A stretch of DNA of 64,000 nt, taken from assembly GCA_963729605.1 (NCBI GenBank), contig CAVSNY010000007.1, forward strand, positions 1,088,001-1,152,000, in the 5' to 3' direction. The position numbers and the translations under genes are program-made. Positions 39,738-51,162 of this stretch are shown here, one piece after another. Under the pieces are notes generated by a model. The model saw nothing but the letters and a program-made list of their open reading frames with translations, did no database searches and was not told the DNA's origin. Numbering within the stretch: position 1 is the first letter of the stretch; each line of letters opens with the position of its first letter. Source of the stretch: an uncultured Gammaproteobacteria bacterium (lineage in GTDB: Bacteria; Pseudomonadota; Gammaproteobacteria; DRLM01).

Positions 39738-41466
39738 TGTCCGCGTCATGCGACCGGCTGCAAGGTGGTGCTGTGCTGGCACATGCACCAGCCGGAATAT
39801 CGCGATCTGCTCAGCGGCGAATATCAGTTTCCGTGGACCTATCTGCACGCCATCAAGGATTACGTGGACATGGTGGCGCACCTCGAGCAGCGTGCCGGCC
39901 GCGCGGGCGGTGGTCAATTTCGCGCCGGTGTTGCTGGATCAGATCGACGATTACGCCGCGCAGATTCAGGTTACCTCAAGGACGCGCGACCGCTCTGCGC
40001 GATCCCTTGCTGGCGGCCTTGGATCGCGCCGGCCTTGCCGGTGCGCACCGAACAGCGTCTGGATTTGATCAAGATGTGCCTGCGCGCCAACCGCGGCCGC
40101 ATGATCGATCCCTATCCGCCGTTCAAACATCTCGCCGCAGATGGCGGATTGGTTGAAGGATGAACCGACGGCGGTCGAATATTTCAGCGAGCAATATCTC
40201 GGCGATCTGCTGGCGTGGTATCACCTGGCCTGGATGGGCGAGACGGTGCGGCGGCAAGACGCCCGCGTCGATCGGTTGATGAAAAAAGGCAGCGGCTACA
40301 CCTTGCATGAACGCCACGAACTGCTGATCGATGATCGGCGAGCTGGCGAGCGGCGTCATCGGCGCGTTACCGGGCCTTGGCCGAACGCGGCCAGATCGAA
40401 ATCTCGGTCAATCGCCGTACGCCCATCCCGATCGTGCCGTTGCTGATCGATCTCAGCAGCGCGCGACGAATCTTCGCCCGACGCGCCGTTGCCCTTGTTG
40501 CCGGCCTATCCCGACGGCGAGGCGCGCGCCCGCTGGCACATCGAACGGGGCATGGCCACTTTCGAGCGCCATTTCGGTTTTCGCCCGCGCGGCTGCTGGC
40601 CGTCGGAAGGCGGCGTGAGCGGCGCGGCGCTGAGTTTGTTCAATGAATACGGATTCCAATGGGCGGCCACCGGCGGCGGGGTATTGGGCAAATCGCTGCA
40701 AGCGGCCGGGATCGACGCGCGGCAAGACCGCGCACGCACATGGTATCGCCCCTATAAAATCACCGGCGGCGGCGACATCGCCTGTTTCTTCCGCGACGAC
40801 GCCTTGTCGGACAACTGTCGGGTTTCACCTACGCCACTTGGCACGGCGACGATGCGGTGGCCAATCTCGTGCATCAATTGGAAATCATCGCCGACCAGGT
40901 GGACGATCGGCAAACGTATCTGGTGCCCATCATTCTCGACGGCGAAAACGCCTGGGAGTATTATCCCAACAACGGCTACTATTTTTTAAACGCGCTTTAC
41001 CAAAAATTGTCCGCCCATCCGCGCCTCGAACTCACCACCTTCTCCGATTATCTGCGGAAGGGCGGACAAGCGGGCAGCTTGCCGCGCCTGACGGCGGGCA
41101 GCTGGGTGTACGGCACCTTCTCCACCTGGATCGGCGACGCCGACAAGAATCGCGCCTGGGATATGCTGGGCGCGGCCAAGCAGGCCTTCGATAAATCGCT
41201 GCGCTCCGGTTATCTGGTGGGCGACGCGCGCGCCGCCGCGGAGCATCAGCTCGCGGTATGCGAAGGCTCCGATTGGTGCTGGTGGTTCGGCGATTACAAT
41301 CCGGCGGCGACGCGTCAGCGATTTCGAGCGCCTGTACCGCCTGCACCTCGCCAATCTCTATCACCTGATCGGCGAGGAGCCGCCCGATTATTTGACCCAT
41401 GCCATCAGCCATGGCGGCGGCGGATCGCAGCATAGCGGTACCATGCGCCCGGGTCAGACGAGTTGA
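39737..41466 (+). CDS. Glycoside hydrolase family 57 protein (many frameshifts)
   Basis: [38 protein letters not shown]. Confidence 0.88.
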
Positions 41467-42943
41467 CCGATACCGTGAATAATCCATTGCTGCAACGGCG
41501 GGCCGGGATACTGTTGCACATCACGTCGCTGCCCGGTCCGGCGCGTTGCGGCACCTTGGGCGCCGAGGCCTATCGCTTCGTGGATTTTCTCGCGGCGGCG
41601 GGCCACAGCGTATGGCAGACCTTGCCGGTGGGGCCGCCGCACGACGACGGTTCGCCTTATCAATGCCTCTCGCTGCACGCCGGCGATCCCGCGCTCATCA
41701 GCATCGAGAATATGATTCAGTCCGGTTGGCTGGACGCCGCGGCAGCGGCGGAGCCCTGGAATGAATTGCTCGCCCATGCGCAGCGCGGCTTTGAGCGGCA
41801 CGCCGCCGCCGACCTGCAAAAACACTACGCCGATTTCGTCGCCGCCGAGCGCCATTGGCTGGACGATTACGCCTTGTTCCGCGTGTTGCGCGAAGAATGC
41901 CGGCACGCCGCCTGGGTCGATTGGCCCGCCGCGCTGCGCGACCGTGAACCCGCCGCGCTGGCGGCGGCGCGCCGGCGTTGTGAAGCGGCGATCCGGCTGA
42001 TCGGTTTCGAACAGTTCGTATTTTTCCATCAATGGCTGGCCTTGAAGGAATACGCCCACGGCCGCGGCGTTCTGCTGTTCGGCGACATGCCGATCTTCGT
42101 CGCCCACGACAGCGCCGACGTGTGGGCGCAGCCGCGATCTTTTCAGCTGGACGCGGACGGCCGGCCGACGGTGGTGGCCGGCGTGCCGCCCGATTATTTT
42201 TCGCGCCACCGGCCAGCGCTGGGGCAATCCCCACTATCGCTGGGAGCGCATGCAGCAGGACGGTTTCCAATGGTGGATCGGCCGGGTCGAGACGCAATTG
42301 CGGATGTTCGACCTGGTGCGCATCGATCACTTCCGCGGCTTCGAGAGCCTACTGGGAAATTCCCGCCGAGCACGCCGACCGCCATGCACGGGCGCTGGGT
42401 GCACGGCGCCGGGCGACGCCTTGTTTCAAGTGTTGCGCGCCTGTTTCGATCCGCTGCCGATGGTGGCGGAAGATCTGGGCATCATCACCGCCGAGGTCGA
42501 AGCGCTGCGCTTGAGCCACGGCTTTCCCGGCATGAAGATTTTGCAGTTCGCGCTTCGACGGCGGGCCGGCCAATCCTTATCTGCCGCACAATCACCAGGC
42601 GCTGTCGGTGGTCTACACCGGCACCCACGACAATGACACCACCCTGGGTTGGTATGCCGCGCTGGCGCCGGCGACGCGAACGTATGTCGACGACTACCTG
42701 CACGCCGCCGACGAGGCGATGCCCTGGCCGCTGATCCGCGCCTGCATGGCCTCGGTCGCCGCCTTGGCGGTGATTCCCATGCAGGATGCCCTGGCCTTGG
42801 ACGGCGCCCATCGCATGAACACCCCCGGCACCAGCGCCGGCAATTGGCGCTGGCGTTTCGAGTGGGCGCAAGTGGACGGCGCGCTGGCGCCGCGTCTGCG
42901 CCGTCTCGCCGAGCTTTATGGACGGGTGCCGCCGCGTCCGTAG
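41463..42943 (+). CDS. malQ: 4-alpha-glucanotransferase (frameshifts in the 3' half)
   Basis: GILLHITSLPG, GDMPIFV, RIDHFRG, AEDLG, YTGTHDNDT, RMNTPG, NWRWR. Confidence 0.92.
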
Positions 42944-42989
42944 CTTGGAGCGCCTTTACGCTGTGTCCAGCGCGGGGAATTCAGGCACG

Positions 42990-43016
42990 GGAAGCGAAAA
43001 TGCGATTTTCGCTTCC
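42990..43016. terminator. Perfect 12-bp hairpin between convergent malQ and glgP
   Basis: ggaagcgaaaat-gcg-attttcgcttcc. Confidence 0.55.
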
Positions 43017-43320
43017 TTAGATTTTCAAATGGCGTCATTGAAAATGGCGGCGCCTCCGTGTGCCGCGGGAACGTCTGAACAAATCGGAGGTTCCTCAATA
43101 AAATTTAAAGCAAGAATAAAATTTAAAACAAGCCGCGTCGCGGCGGCGTCCGGCACAAATCCCCGCGACAAAGAAACAGGATTCCGCATACCCGCCGCGA
43201 GTCGCTCGGAACACATTGAGGTCTGCGAAGAGGAAACACGCCGTTCTGAATTCGGCGGGTCCACGAGGACGTTGCCTCGCGGACCCTCCCGGTGGGCCGC
43301 CTTCGCCGCGGCCTAAGCCT

Positions 43321-45883
43321 CTACAACCACTTCATGCAGCCCATCTCGAAGCGATGGCTGAGCAAGGTATGATGGGGATAGATGCGGATTTTATAGTATT
43401 GCAGGCCCGGCAACGGCGGCGCCAAGTCGAGCCGGTAGCGGGTTTCGCCTTGCGGATTGTGATCCACCGCTTGGAAGTGATGACTGGCTTGCACGACGAA
43501 CTCCTCGCTCTCCGCCATCGTGCCCACCAGACATTCCACCGTGACATCCTGCGCCTGCAAGCCGTTGAGGTTGACCGTCACCTCGAGCGGCAAGGTGTCG
43601 CCCGCCCGCATCTGCAGTTGGCCGGAATCGACGCGCTGTAGACTGACGCCCGCCCAGCGGGCGTTGACCTGGTTTTTCCAGTGGGCCAGTTCGCGGGCGG
43701 GGGCGTGATTCCGTTCCTGCATCGCGCGGTGCTGGCGGCTGGCGGGACCGTAGAAATGGGTCACGTAATCCATCAGCATGCGTTGCGCGTTGTAGCGCGG
43801 GATCAACGTCTTCATCGAGGTCTTGGACATCTTGACCCAGCGTTCCGGATAACCGTGGCCGTTGCGCTGGTAATAGGACGGAATGATTTCCTTCTCGAGG
43901 ATGTCCAGCAGCTCATTGCTTTCTTCGCGGTCGCGGAAGGCGGCGTCGTATTCCGGGCCGTGGGGGGTGATGGCCCAGCCGTTGTCGCCTGTAATAACCT
44001 TCGCCCCACCAGCCGTCCAGCACGCTGAGGTTGAGTACGCCGTTGATGCCGGCCTTCTCGCCCGAGGTGCCGCTGGCCTCCAGCGGATATTGCGGGGTGT
44101 TCAGCCACACGTCGACGCCGGTCACCAGTTTGCGGGCCAGCGACATGTCGTAGCCTTCGAGCAGAATGATCTTGCCCTCGAATTCCGGGCGGTGCGAGAG
44201 GTCGTGGATCTGCTTGATGAGGTGCTGCCCCGGGATGTCGTGGGGATGGGCCTTGCCCGCGAAGATCAACATCACCGGCCGCAACGGGTCGTTGAGCAGG
44301 CGCGCGAGGCGGCCCGGATCGGCGAACAGCAGGGTGGCGCGTTTGTAGGTCGCGAAACGCCGCGCGAAGCCTATCAGCAAGGTGTCGGTGTTGTCGGGGG
44401 AAAGGCAGGAGAGTGAGCCGCTTGATCTGGGTGGCGCTCAGGCCGCTGCGGCGATGCTGGCGCAAGGCCCGCTCGCGGGTCTCGTCGAGCAATTCCGACT
44501 TTAAGGATTGATGCAGGCTCCAGAAGCTGTAATCGGGGATTTCATCCACCCGCTCCCAGTATTTTTCATTGGAGAGTTGGTTGCGCCATTCGCCGCCGAA
44601 ACGCATGTCGAACAGGCTCATCCATTCCCGGGCGAGGAAGGTGGGTACGTGCACGCCGTTGGTGACGTAGCTCACCGGGTTTTCCGCGGCGGGGACTTCG
44701 GGCCAGATATAACCTTCCATCTGCGAGGCGATGCCGCCGTGGATGCGGCTGACGCCGTTGTGAAACCGCGAGCCGCGCAGCGCCAGGGCGGTTTGATTGA
44801 AGCCGCCTTCGTTGCCGGGACTGCTGCCCAGGGCCAGGAATTCCGCCATGCCGATCTTGAGCTGCTTGGCGTATTGGGAGAAATAGGTTTCCATCAACTG
44901 CCGGTCGAAGATGTCGTGGCCGGCGGGCACCGGGGTGTGGGTGGTGAAGACGGTGCCGGCGGCCACCAGTTCGCGGGCGGCGTCGAAGTCCATGCCCTGT
45001 TCCACTTTTTCGCGGCATGCGCTCGAGGATCTGGAAGGCCGCGTGGCCTTCGTTGATATGCCATACCGTGGGTTTGTAGCCCAAGGCGCGCAGCGCGCGT
45101 ACGCCGCCGATGCCCAGCACGATCTCCTGCTGGATGCGGGTGTGGATGTCGCCGCCGTAGAGTTGATAGGTGATGGAGCGGTCTTCGTCGGAGTTGTGCG
45201 GAACGTCGCTGTCGAGCAGGATAGAGCTTGATGTGGCCGGCGGTGACTTCCCACACCTTGAGCGTGACGCGCCGCTGGACGATGTCGACGTGGACGTAGA
45301 GTTCTTCTCCCTCGCCGTTGCGCGCCGGTTGCAAGGGCAATTGGTCGAAGTCGGTCCGCATGTAATGCGCGATCTGCTTGCCGTGTCCGTCGATGGTCTG
45401 GGTGAAATAACCCTGGCGGTACAGCATGCCCACCGCCACGAAGGGCAGGCCGAGGTCGCTGGCGGCCTTGCAGTGGTCGCCGGCCAGAATGCCGAGGCCG
45501 CCGGAGTAAATGGGCAGGCTCTCGTGAAAACCGAATTCGGCGCAGAAATAGGCGATCAAATCCTGCTTGGCGTCCAGATGCGGCACCACTTCGGGACGCA
45601 TGCCTTCATGGCGGTAGGTGTCGTAGGCGGACAAGGCGCGGTTGAAGTCCTCGACGAACACCCGGTCGTCGGCGGAGGCGTTGAGCCGCGCCTGCGAGAC
45701 GCGGCGCAGAAAGGTCTTGGGGTTGTGGCCGCATTGATCCCACAATTCGGGATCGAGTCGCACGAACAGCCCGCGTACCCGCCGGTCCCAGCTGTAAAGT
45801 AAATCGTTGGCCAGTTCCTCCAGGCGCCGCAGACGCGCCGGCAGCGCGGCTTGAACTTCAATGCTAAAACGTGTCCCCATCAT
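43321..45883 (-). CDS. glgP: Alpha-glucan (glycogen) phosphorylase (about 4 frameshifts)
   Basis: [54 protein letters not shown]. Confidence 0.92.
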
Positions 45884-46095
45884 AAATTTGTTCCAATCCC
45901 TTCAGAGTGCCTTATGTATTTTCGTATGCGTAGCGCCATACTTGAGGCAATTAATATGCCTGAACCCAGCTTGCCGTATGGTTAGCGGATCGCGGCGAAA
46001 AGAATGTAGATTGATCTTAGGACATCACGGCGGCCTCTGGGTAGGTCCGCACATGTTTAATTATGAGGGGTATCGTTGTAATACCATTTTGGTCG

Positions 46096-46182
46096 TGGTG
46101 CCGGGAGGGAGAATCGAACTCCCACGATGTCACCATCACCGGATTTTGAGTCCGGCGCGTCTACCAGTTCCGCCATCCCGGC
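46096..46182 (-). tRNA. tRNA-Leu(CAA)
   Basis: Reverse complement gccgggatggcggaactggtagacgcg ccgga-ctCAAaa-tccgg, long variable arm, gttcgatt, ending cccggcacca. Confidence 0.95.
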
Positions 46183-46279
46183 CGTCAGGCGGCTAGTATA
46201 TGAATTTATTCGCCGCGGGCAAGTGATTTGTTGCGCGAACTTAACTTAAGTCGGGTGAACTTGATACTATGCGCGCGCC

Positions 46280-47314
46280 ATGCGCCGCAGTGACTTCCAT
46301 TATCCGCTTCCGCCCGCGCTCATCGCCCAGCGGCCCGCCGCCGAGCGCGGTGCCAGCCGTTTGCTATGTCTCGACGGTCCCAGCCGGCGGCTGGTCGATC
46401 GACGCTTTCGCGAGTTGCCGGACCTGCTGCGACCCGGCGATCTGCTTATCTTCAATGATACCCGCGTCATCCCCGCTCGCCTGTTCGGGGTAAAGGCCAG
46501 CGGCGGCAAGATCGAAGTGCTCGTGGAACGGGTGCTGGAGGAACGGCGAGTTTTGGCCCATATCAGGGCGAGCAAGGCACCAAAGCCGGGCATGTCTCTG
46601 TATCTGGAAGGCGGGCTGGAGGCCGAGGTGCGGGGCCGCGAGGGCGAGTTGTTCGAGCTGGTCTTCGGCGGCGAGCAGCCGGTGCTGAGTCTCTTGGAGC
46701 AACACGGCCACATCCCTTTGCCGCCCTATATCGACCGGCCCGATGCCGATGAAGATCGCGCCCGTTATCAAACCGTCTATGCCCGCCGGCCCGGCGCGGT
46801 GGCGGCGCCCACCGCCGGTCTGCATTTCGACGAGGCGATGTTGGACCAGTTGCGCACTCGCGGCGTGGAGAGCGCCTTCGTGACGCTGCACGTGGGCGCC
46901 GGCACCTTTCAGCCGGTGCGGGTCGATGAATTGAGCGCGCATCCCATGCACGCCGAATACGCCAACGTCAGCGCGGAAGTCTGCGAGCGTATCGCCGCCG
47001 CCCGCGCCCGCGGCGGCCGGGTGATCGCCGTGGGCACCACCGTCACCCGCAGTTTGGAGAGCGCGGCGGCGGGCGGCGAATTGCGGCCCTTCGCGGGCGA
47101 GACCCGTTTGTTCATCTATCCCGGTTATCGTTTCCGGGTGGTGGATGCCCTGATCACCAATTTTCATCTGCCGGAATCGACGCTGCTGATGCTGGTATGC
47201 GCCTTCGCCGGTTATGACTCGGTGATGGCGGCGTATCGCCACGCGGTGGAGCAGGAGTATCGGTTCTTCAGCTACGGCGATGCGATGTTCGTTACCCGTG
47301 ACGAGGGTGCCTAG
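46280..47314 (+). CDS. queA: SAM:tRNA ribosyltransferase-isomerase
   Basis: [44 protein letters not shown]. Confidence 0.97.
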   Translation: MRRSDFHYPLPPALIAQRPAAERGASRLLCLDGPSRRLVDRRFRELPDLLRPGDLLIFNDTRVIPARLFGVKASGGKIEVLVERVLEERRVLAHIRASKAPKPGMSLYLEGGLEAEVRGREGELFELVFGGEQPVLSLLEQHGHIPLPPYIDRPDADEDRARYQTVYARRPGAVAAPTAGLHFDEAMLDQLRTRGVESAFVTLHVGAGTFQPVRVDELSAHPMHAEYANVSAEVCERIAAARARGGRVIAVGTTVTRSLESAAAGGELRPFAGETRLFIYPGYRFRVVDALITNFHLPESTLLMLVCAFAGYDSVMAAYRHAVEQEYRFFSYGDAMFVTRDEGA

Positions 47315-47341
47315 TCTAGTGCGCCACTCCGTGGGCACTCA

Positions 47342-47448
47342 TCCCCTCCTCGGTCGAGGAAGGGTGGCGGCGGAAGGAGCTCGCTTCTCAGTCTCAGCTT
47401 AACCACCCCGGCCCTGCGGGCCACCCCGCCTTGAAAAGGCGGGGAGAA
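47342..47448. repeat. Double-hairpin palindromic element pair
   Basis: tcccctcctcggtcgaggaagggtgg and accaccccggccctgcgggccaccccgccttgaaaaggcgggga. Confidence 0.7.
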
Positions 47449-47647
47449 ACTTCTAGCCACACAGCTCCATTGTTGGCGGCGCACTACACTAGCCGGGCTT
47501 TACGCGAGTGCGGCCCGGGTGGGCCCGATTCAAAAAAGCTGATTGGCCGCCAAGGCGCGAAGGCCGCGGGGAGAAAAATCTCCGGATGCAGAGAAACGCT
47601 TGGCGATCGTGGTGTCTCGGCGGCGTGACGCTGGCGGGAACGGCTGT

Positions 47648-48424
47648 TTATTTTTCCACGAAGGCCCGTTCGATCACGTAGTGACCGGGTTCGCCGATGC
47701 GCGGCGAGATCTTGAAACCGCGTTGGTCGAGCAGGGCGCTGGTGTCCTTCAGCATGTGGGCGCTGCCGCAGATCATCGCGCGGTCGTGGGCCGGATCGAG
47801 CGGCGGCAGGCCGATGTCCGTGAACAATTTGCCGCTCTCGATCAAGTCATGCAGGCGGCCTTGGTTTTGAAATGATTCGCGAGTGACCGACGGGTAATAG
47901 ATGAGCTTTTCGCGGATCATGTCCCCGAGAAATTCATTGTGCTGCAAGGTCTGAGTGATGAAGTCCCGGTAAGCGAGATCGTTGACCTGGCGCACGCCGT
48001 GAAACAGCACGATCTTCTCGAAACGTTCGTAGGCGTCCGGGTCTTGGATAATCGGCATGAACGCGGCGAGGCCGGTGCCGGTGCTGAAGAGATACAGATT
48101 TTTTCCGGGGATGAGGTCGTCGATGATCAGCGTGCCGGTCGGTTTGCGGCTCACCAGCACGCTGTCGCCGACTTGCAGATGTTGCAGACGCGAAGTGAGC
48201 GGACCGTCCGGCACTTTGATGCTGAAAAATTCCAGATACTCTTCGTAGTTCGGGCTGACGATACTGTAGGCGCGCACTAAAGGCTTGCCGTTCACTTCCA
48301 GGCCGATCATCACGAACTGGCCGTTGATGAAGCGCAGGCCGGGGTCGCGAGTGGTTTTAAACGTGAAGAGTTTGTCGTTCCAATGATGGACGCTTAACAC
48401 GCGTTCTGTTGCATAGGTGCTCAT
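47648..48424 (-). CDS. fpr: Ferredoxin--NADP reductase (bacterial subclass I)
   Basis: RAYSI, GPLTSRL, STGTGLA, MICGS, C-terminal ERAFVEK. Confidence 0.94.
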   Translation of the reverse strand: MSTYATERVLSVHHWNDKLFTFKTTRDPGLRFINGQFVMIGLEVNGKPLVRAYSIVSPNYEEYLEFFSIKVPDGPLTSRLQHLQVGDSVLVSRKPTGTLIIDDLIPGKNLYLFSTGTGLAAFMPIIQDPDAYERFEKIVLFHGVRQVNDLAYRDFITQTLQHNEFLGDMIREKLIYYPSVTRESFQNQGRLHDLIESGKLFTDIGLPPLDPAHDRAMICGSAHMLKDTSALLDQRGFKISPRIGEPGHYVIERAFVEK

Positions 48425-48435
48425 GGTGTGGCCTT

Positions 48436-49383
48436 TTAACGTTGTGCGGATGTTTGCAGCGCCGCCACCAGGGCGGGCACGGCCTCGAAGAGATTCGCCA
48501 CCAGGCCGTAGTCGGCGACCTGGAAGATCGGCGCGTCCGGGTCCTGATTTATGGCGACGATGACTTTGCTGTCCTTCATGCCGGCGGTGTGCTGAATGGC
48601 GCCTGAGACGCCGACGGCGATATAGAGTTCCGGCGCCACCACCGTGCCGGTCTGGCCGACCTGGATGTCGTTGGGCGCGTAGCCGGCGTCGACCGCGGCG
48701 CGGGTGGCGCCCAGCGCGGCGTTGAGTTCCTTGGCGAGCGGGGCCAGTACCGCTTCGAATTGTTCGGCGCTGCCGAGCGAGCGCCCGCCCGACACCACCA
48801 CGCGGGCGGTCGCGAGCGCGGGGCGGTCGGAGACGTTGCGTTTTTCGCCCAGCCAGCGCGCTAAAGCAGTGGTGGCGGGCACGTCCCAGGATGTGATGCC
48901 GGCGCTGCCGCCGCCGGCCGCGGCGGTGAAACTGCTGGCGCGCACGGTCACGATCTGAATGGGGTCGCCGCTCTCCACCGTCGCGGCGACATTGCCGGCG
49001 TAAATGGTGCGTAAATAGGTCTTGGGGCCGGTGACGGCGGTCACGTCGGCGATCATCGCCACGTCCAGCAGCGCCGCGGCGCGCGGCAGCACGTTTTTGC
49101 TGAAGCTGGTGTGCGGCGCGAGGATGACCGCGTATCCACTGCCGTGGCGGACGAGCAGTTCGGCGACGTCCTCCGCAAGCGGGTGGGCGAGGTGTTCGGC
49201 ATCGGCGCGGATCACCTGCGCGACATCGGCTATGGCCGCCGCTTCTTCGGCGAGTGCGGCGGTGTCGTGACCCACTATCAGGATATGGACCGGTGCTTGC
49301 CAGCTCCGCGCGGCGGTGACCGCCTGGCGCGTCGCCTGTTTGAGTTTATGGCCGTCGTGTTCGGCGAGTATCAATACGCTCAT
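48436..49383 (-). CDS. etfA: Electron transfer flavoprotein alpha
   Basis: VVSGGR, GATRAAVDAG, QVGQTG, GVSGAIQH, INQDPDAPIF. Confidence 0.94.
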   Translation of the reverse strand: MSVLILAEHDGHKLKQATRQAVTAARSWQAPVHILIVGHDTAALAEEAAAIADVAQVIRADAEHLAHPLAEDVAELLVRHGSGYAVILAPHTSFSKNVLPRAAALLDVAMIADVTAVTGPKTYLRTIYAGNVAATVESGDPIQIVTVRASSFTAAAGGGSAGITSWDVPATTALARWLGEKRNVSDRPALATARVVVSGGRSLGSAEQFEAVLAPLAKELNAALGATRAAVDAGYAPNDIQVGQTGTVVAPELYIAVGVSGAIQHTAGMKDSKVIVAINQDPDAPIFQVADYGLVANLFEAVPALVAALQTSAQR

Positions 49384-50132
49384 GGCAACACCTTGGCTTC
49401 GACGCGGAGTTTTTCAACGAGTTCTTGCACGCTGGCGACTTTGCTGCCGGCCTTGCGCGCGGGCGGGTCGGCGACCTGGCGCTGGGTGAGGCGCGGGCCG
49501 GCATCGACCCCGAGTTCCGCCGCATTGATGGTCTGTATCGGTTTCTTCTTGGCCATCATCAGATTGGGCAGCTTGACGTAGCGCGGCTCGTTGAGGCGGA
49601 GGTCGGCGGTGATGACCGCCGGGAGGCGCAGGGCGAGGGTTTCGGTACCGCCGTCGATCTCGCGGGTGACTACGATCTCCTCGTCCCACACTTCGATCGC
49701 CGAGACGGCAACGCCTTGGCCGACGCCGAGCAGGGCGGCCAGCATCTGCCCGGCCTGGCCGGCGTCGCTGTCGATGGCCTGTTTGCCTAAAATGATCAGA
49801 TCCGGCTGTTCGCGTTCCACCACGGCCTTCAACAGCTTGGCCACCCCCAGCGGTTGCAGGACGGCGTCGGTCTCGACCAGAATGGCGCGATCCACGCCCA
49901 TGGCCAGCGCGTGACGCAGGACATCCTGGTTGGCGCTGCCGCCCAGCGACACGGCCACGACCTCGCTGGCCTTGCCCCGCTCTTTCAGGCGCAGCGCCTC
50001 TTCCACTGCGTTTTCGTCGAAGGGGTTGATGCCCATTTTGACGCCGGCGATGTCCACGTCCGAGCCGTCCGGCTTGATGCGGACCTTGACGTTGAAATCC
50101 ACCACCCGCTTGACCGCGACCAACACTTTCAT
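49380..50132 (-). CDS. etfB: Electron transfer flavoprotein beta
   Basis: MKVLVAVKRVVD, NPFDE, GKQAID, DLRLNEPRY. Confidence 0.94.
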   Translation of the reverse strand: MKVLVAVKRVVDFNVKVRIKPDGSDVDIAGVKMGINPFDENAVEEALRLKERGKASEVVAVSLGGSANQDVLRHALAMGVDRAILVETDAVLQPLGVAKLLKAVVEREQPDLIILGKQAIDSDAGQAGQMLAALLGVGQGVAVSAIEVWDEEIVVTREIDGGTETLALRLPAVITADLRLNEPRYVKLPNLMMAKKKPIQTINAAELGVDAGPRLTQRQVADPPARKAGSKVASVQELVEKLRVEAKVLP

Positions 50133-50192
50133 AACTACCTCCAATTGCGGGCTATTATGAACGCGGTTAAACTATTTGTGAAATAGATTGAT

Positions 50193-50207
50193 TAGATAAT
50201 AGTTATC
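50193..50207. promoter_or_regulatory. Putative LysR (FinR) binding dyad
   Basis: GATAA-tag-TTATC in the AT-rich divergent spacer. Confidence 0.5.
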
Positions 50208-50219
50208 GTATTTACAGAT

Positions 50220-51146
50220 ATGAGATACAGCTTACGACAACTGGAGGTGTTCGTCGCGGTGGGGCGCTGCGAGAGCGTATCGCGGGCGGCGGAGGCGCTC
50301 GCGCTGTCGCAGTCGGCGACCAGCACCGCCCTCGGCGAGTTCGAGCGCCAGTTCGACAGCCAACTGTTCGACCGCGTCGGCAAAACCTTGCGGCTCAATG
50401 AGCTCGGCCGGCAATTGCTGCCCAAGGCGGTCGAGTTGCTGGACCGGGCCCGCGAGATCGAGGACCTGCTGGAGGGCAAGGCCGGCTTCGGCGCCTTGCA
50501 GATCGGGGCCACCTTGACCATCGGCAACTACCTCGCGGCGCTGATCATCGCTTCTTTTCTTCAGCGCCACCCGGAAAGCCGCATCCGCCTGCAAGTGCAC
50601 AATACCGCCACCATCGTCCATCAGGTGGTGCATCACGAACTCGATCTGGGGCTGATCGAGGGCGATTGTCATCACCCCGACCTCGAGGTGCAGTCCTGGG
50701 TGGAGGACGAACTGGTGGTGTTTTGTTCACCCGAATACCCGCTCGTCCAACGCGGCGACGTGTCGCTGGAAGAATTGGCCGCGCAACCCTGGATTTTACG
50801 CGAACACGGTTCCGGCACCCGCGAGACCTTCGATCACGCCATGCGCCACCACCGCGTCCCGCTCAATATTCGCTTGGAACTGGAACACACTGAGGCCATC
50901 AAACGCGCCGTGGAGTTCGGACTGGGCATAGGCTGCATCTCGCGGCTGACCTTGCGCGAGGCCTTCCGCCGCGGCAGTCTCGTGCCTATCGCCACCCCCG
51001 CGTTGGATTTGCGCCGGCAGTTTCGCTTTCTCTGGCACAAGCAAAAATATCAGACCGCGGGCATGCGGGAATTCCTGGCGCTGTGCCGGGCCATGACCGC
51101 CGGTATTCAACGCAGTGACGAGATTCCGCTCCCGCTCATTTCTTGA
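50220..51146 (+). CDS. finR: LysR regulator, FinR-like
   Basis: MRYSLRQLEVF, LSQSATS, GATLTIGNY, LELEHTEAIKRAVE, HKQKY; divergent from an fpr-containing operon. Confidence 0.8.
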   Translation: MRYSLRQLEVFVAVGRCESVSRAAEALALSQSATSTALGEFERQFDSQLFDRVGKTLRLNELGRQLLPKAVELLDRAREIEDLLEGKAGFGALQIGATLTIGNYLAALIIASFLQRHPESRIRLQVHNTATIVHQVVHHELDLGLIEGDCHHPDLEVQSWVEDELVVFCSPEYPLVQRGDVSLEELAAQPWILREHGSGTRETFDHAMRHHRVPLNIRLELEHTEAIKRAVEFGLGIGCISRLTLREAFRRGSLVPIATPALDLRRQFRFLWHKQKYQTAGMREFLALCRAMTAGIQRSDEIPLPLIS

Positions 51147-51162
51147 GACCAAGAGAGTTACC

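Noticed and set aside
38451-42943. Programmed frameshifting or recoding in the glycogen genes
   Set aside because: The shifts are too many, irregular, and lack slippery sites.
45890-46182. Genomic island integrated at tRNA-Leu
   Set aside because: No integrase and no duplicated tRNA 3' end seen; the neighbouring glycogen genes have host-like codon usage.
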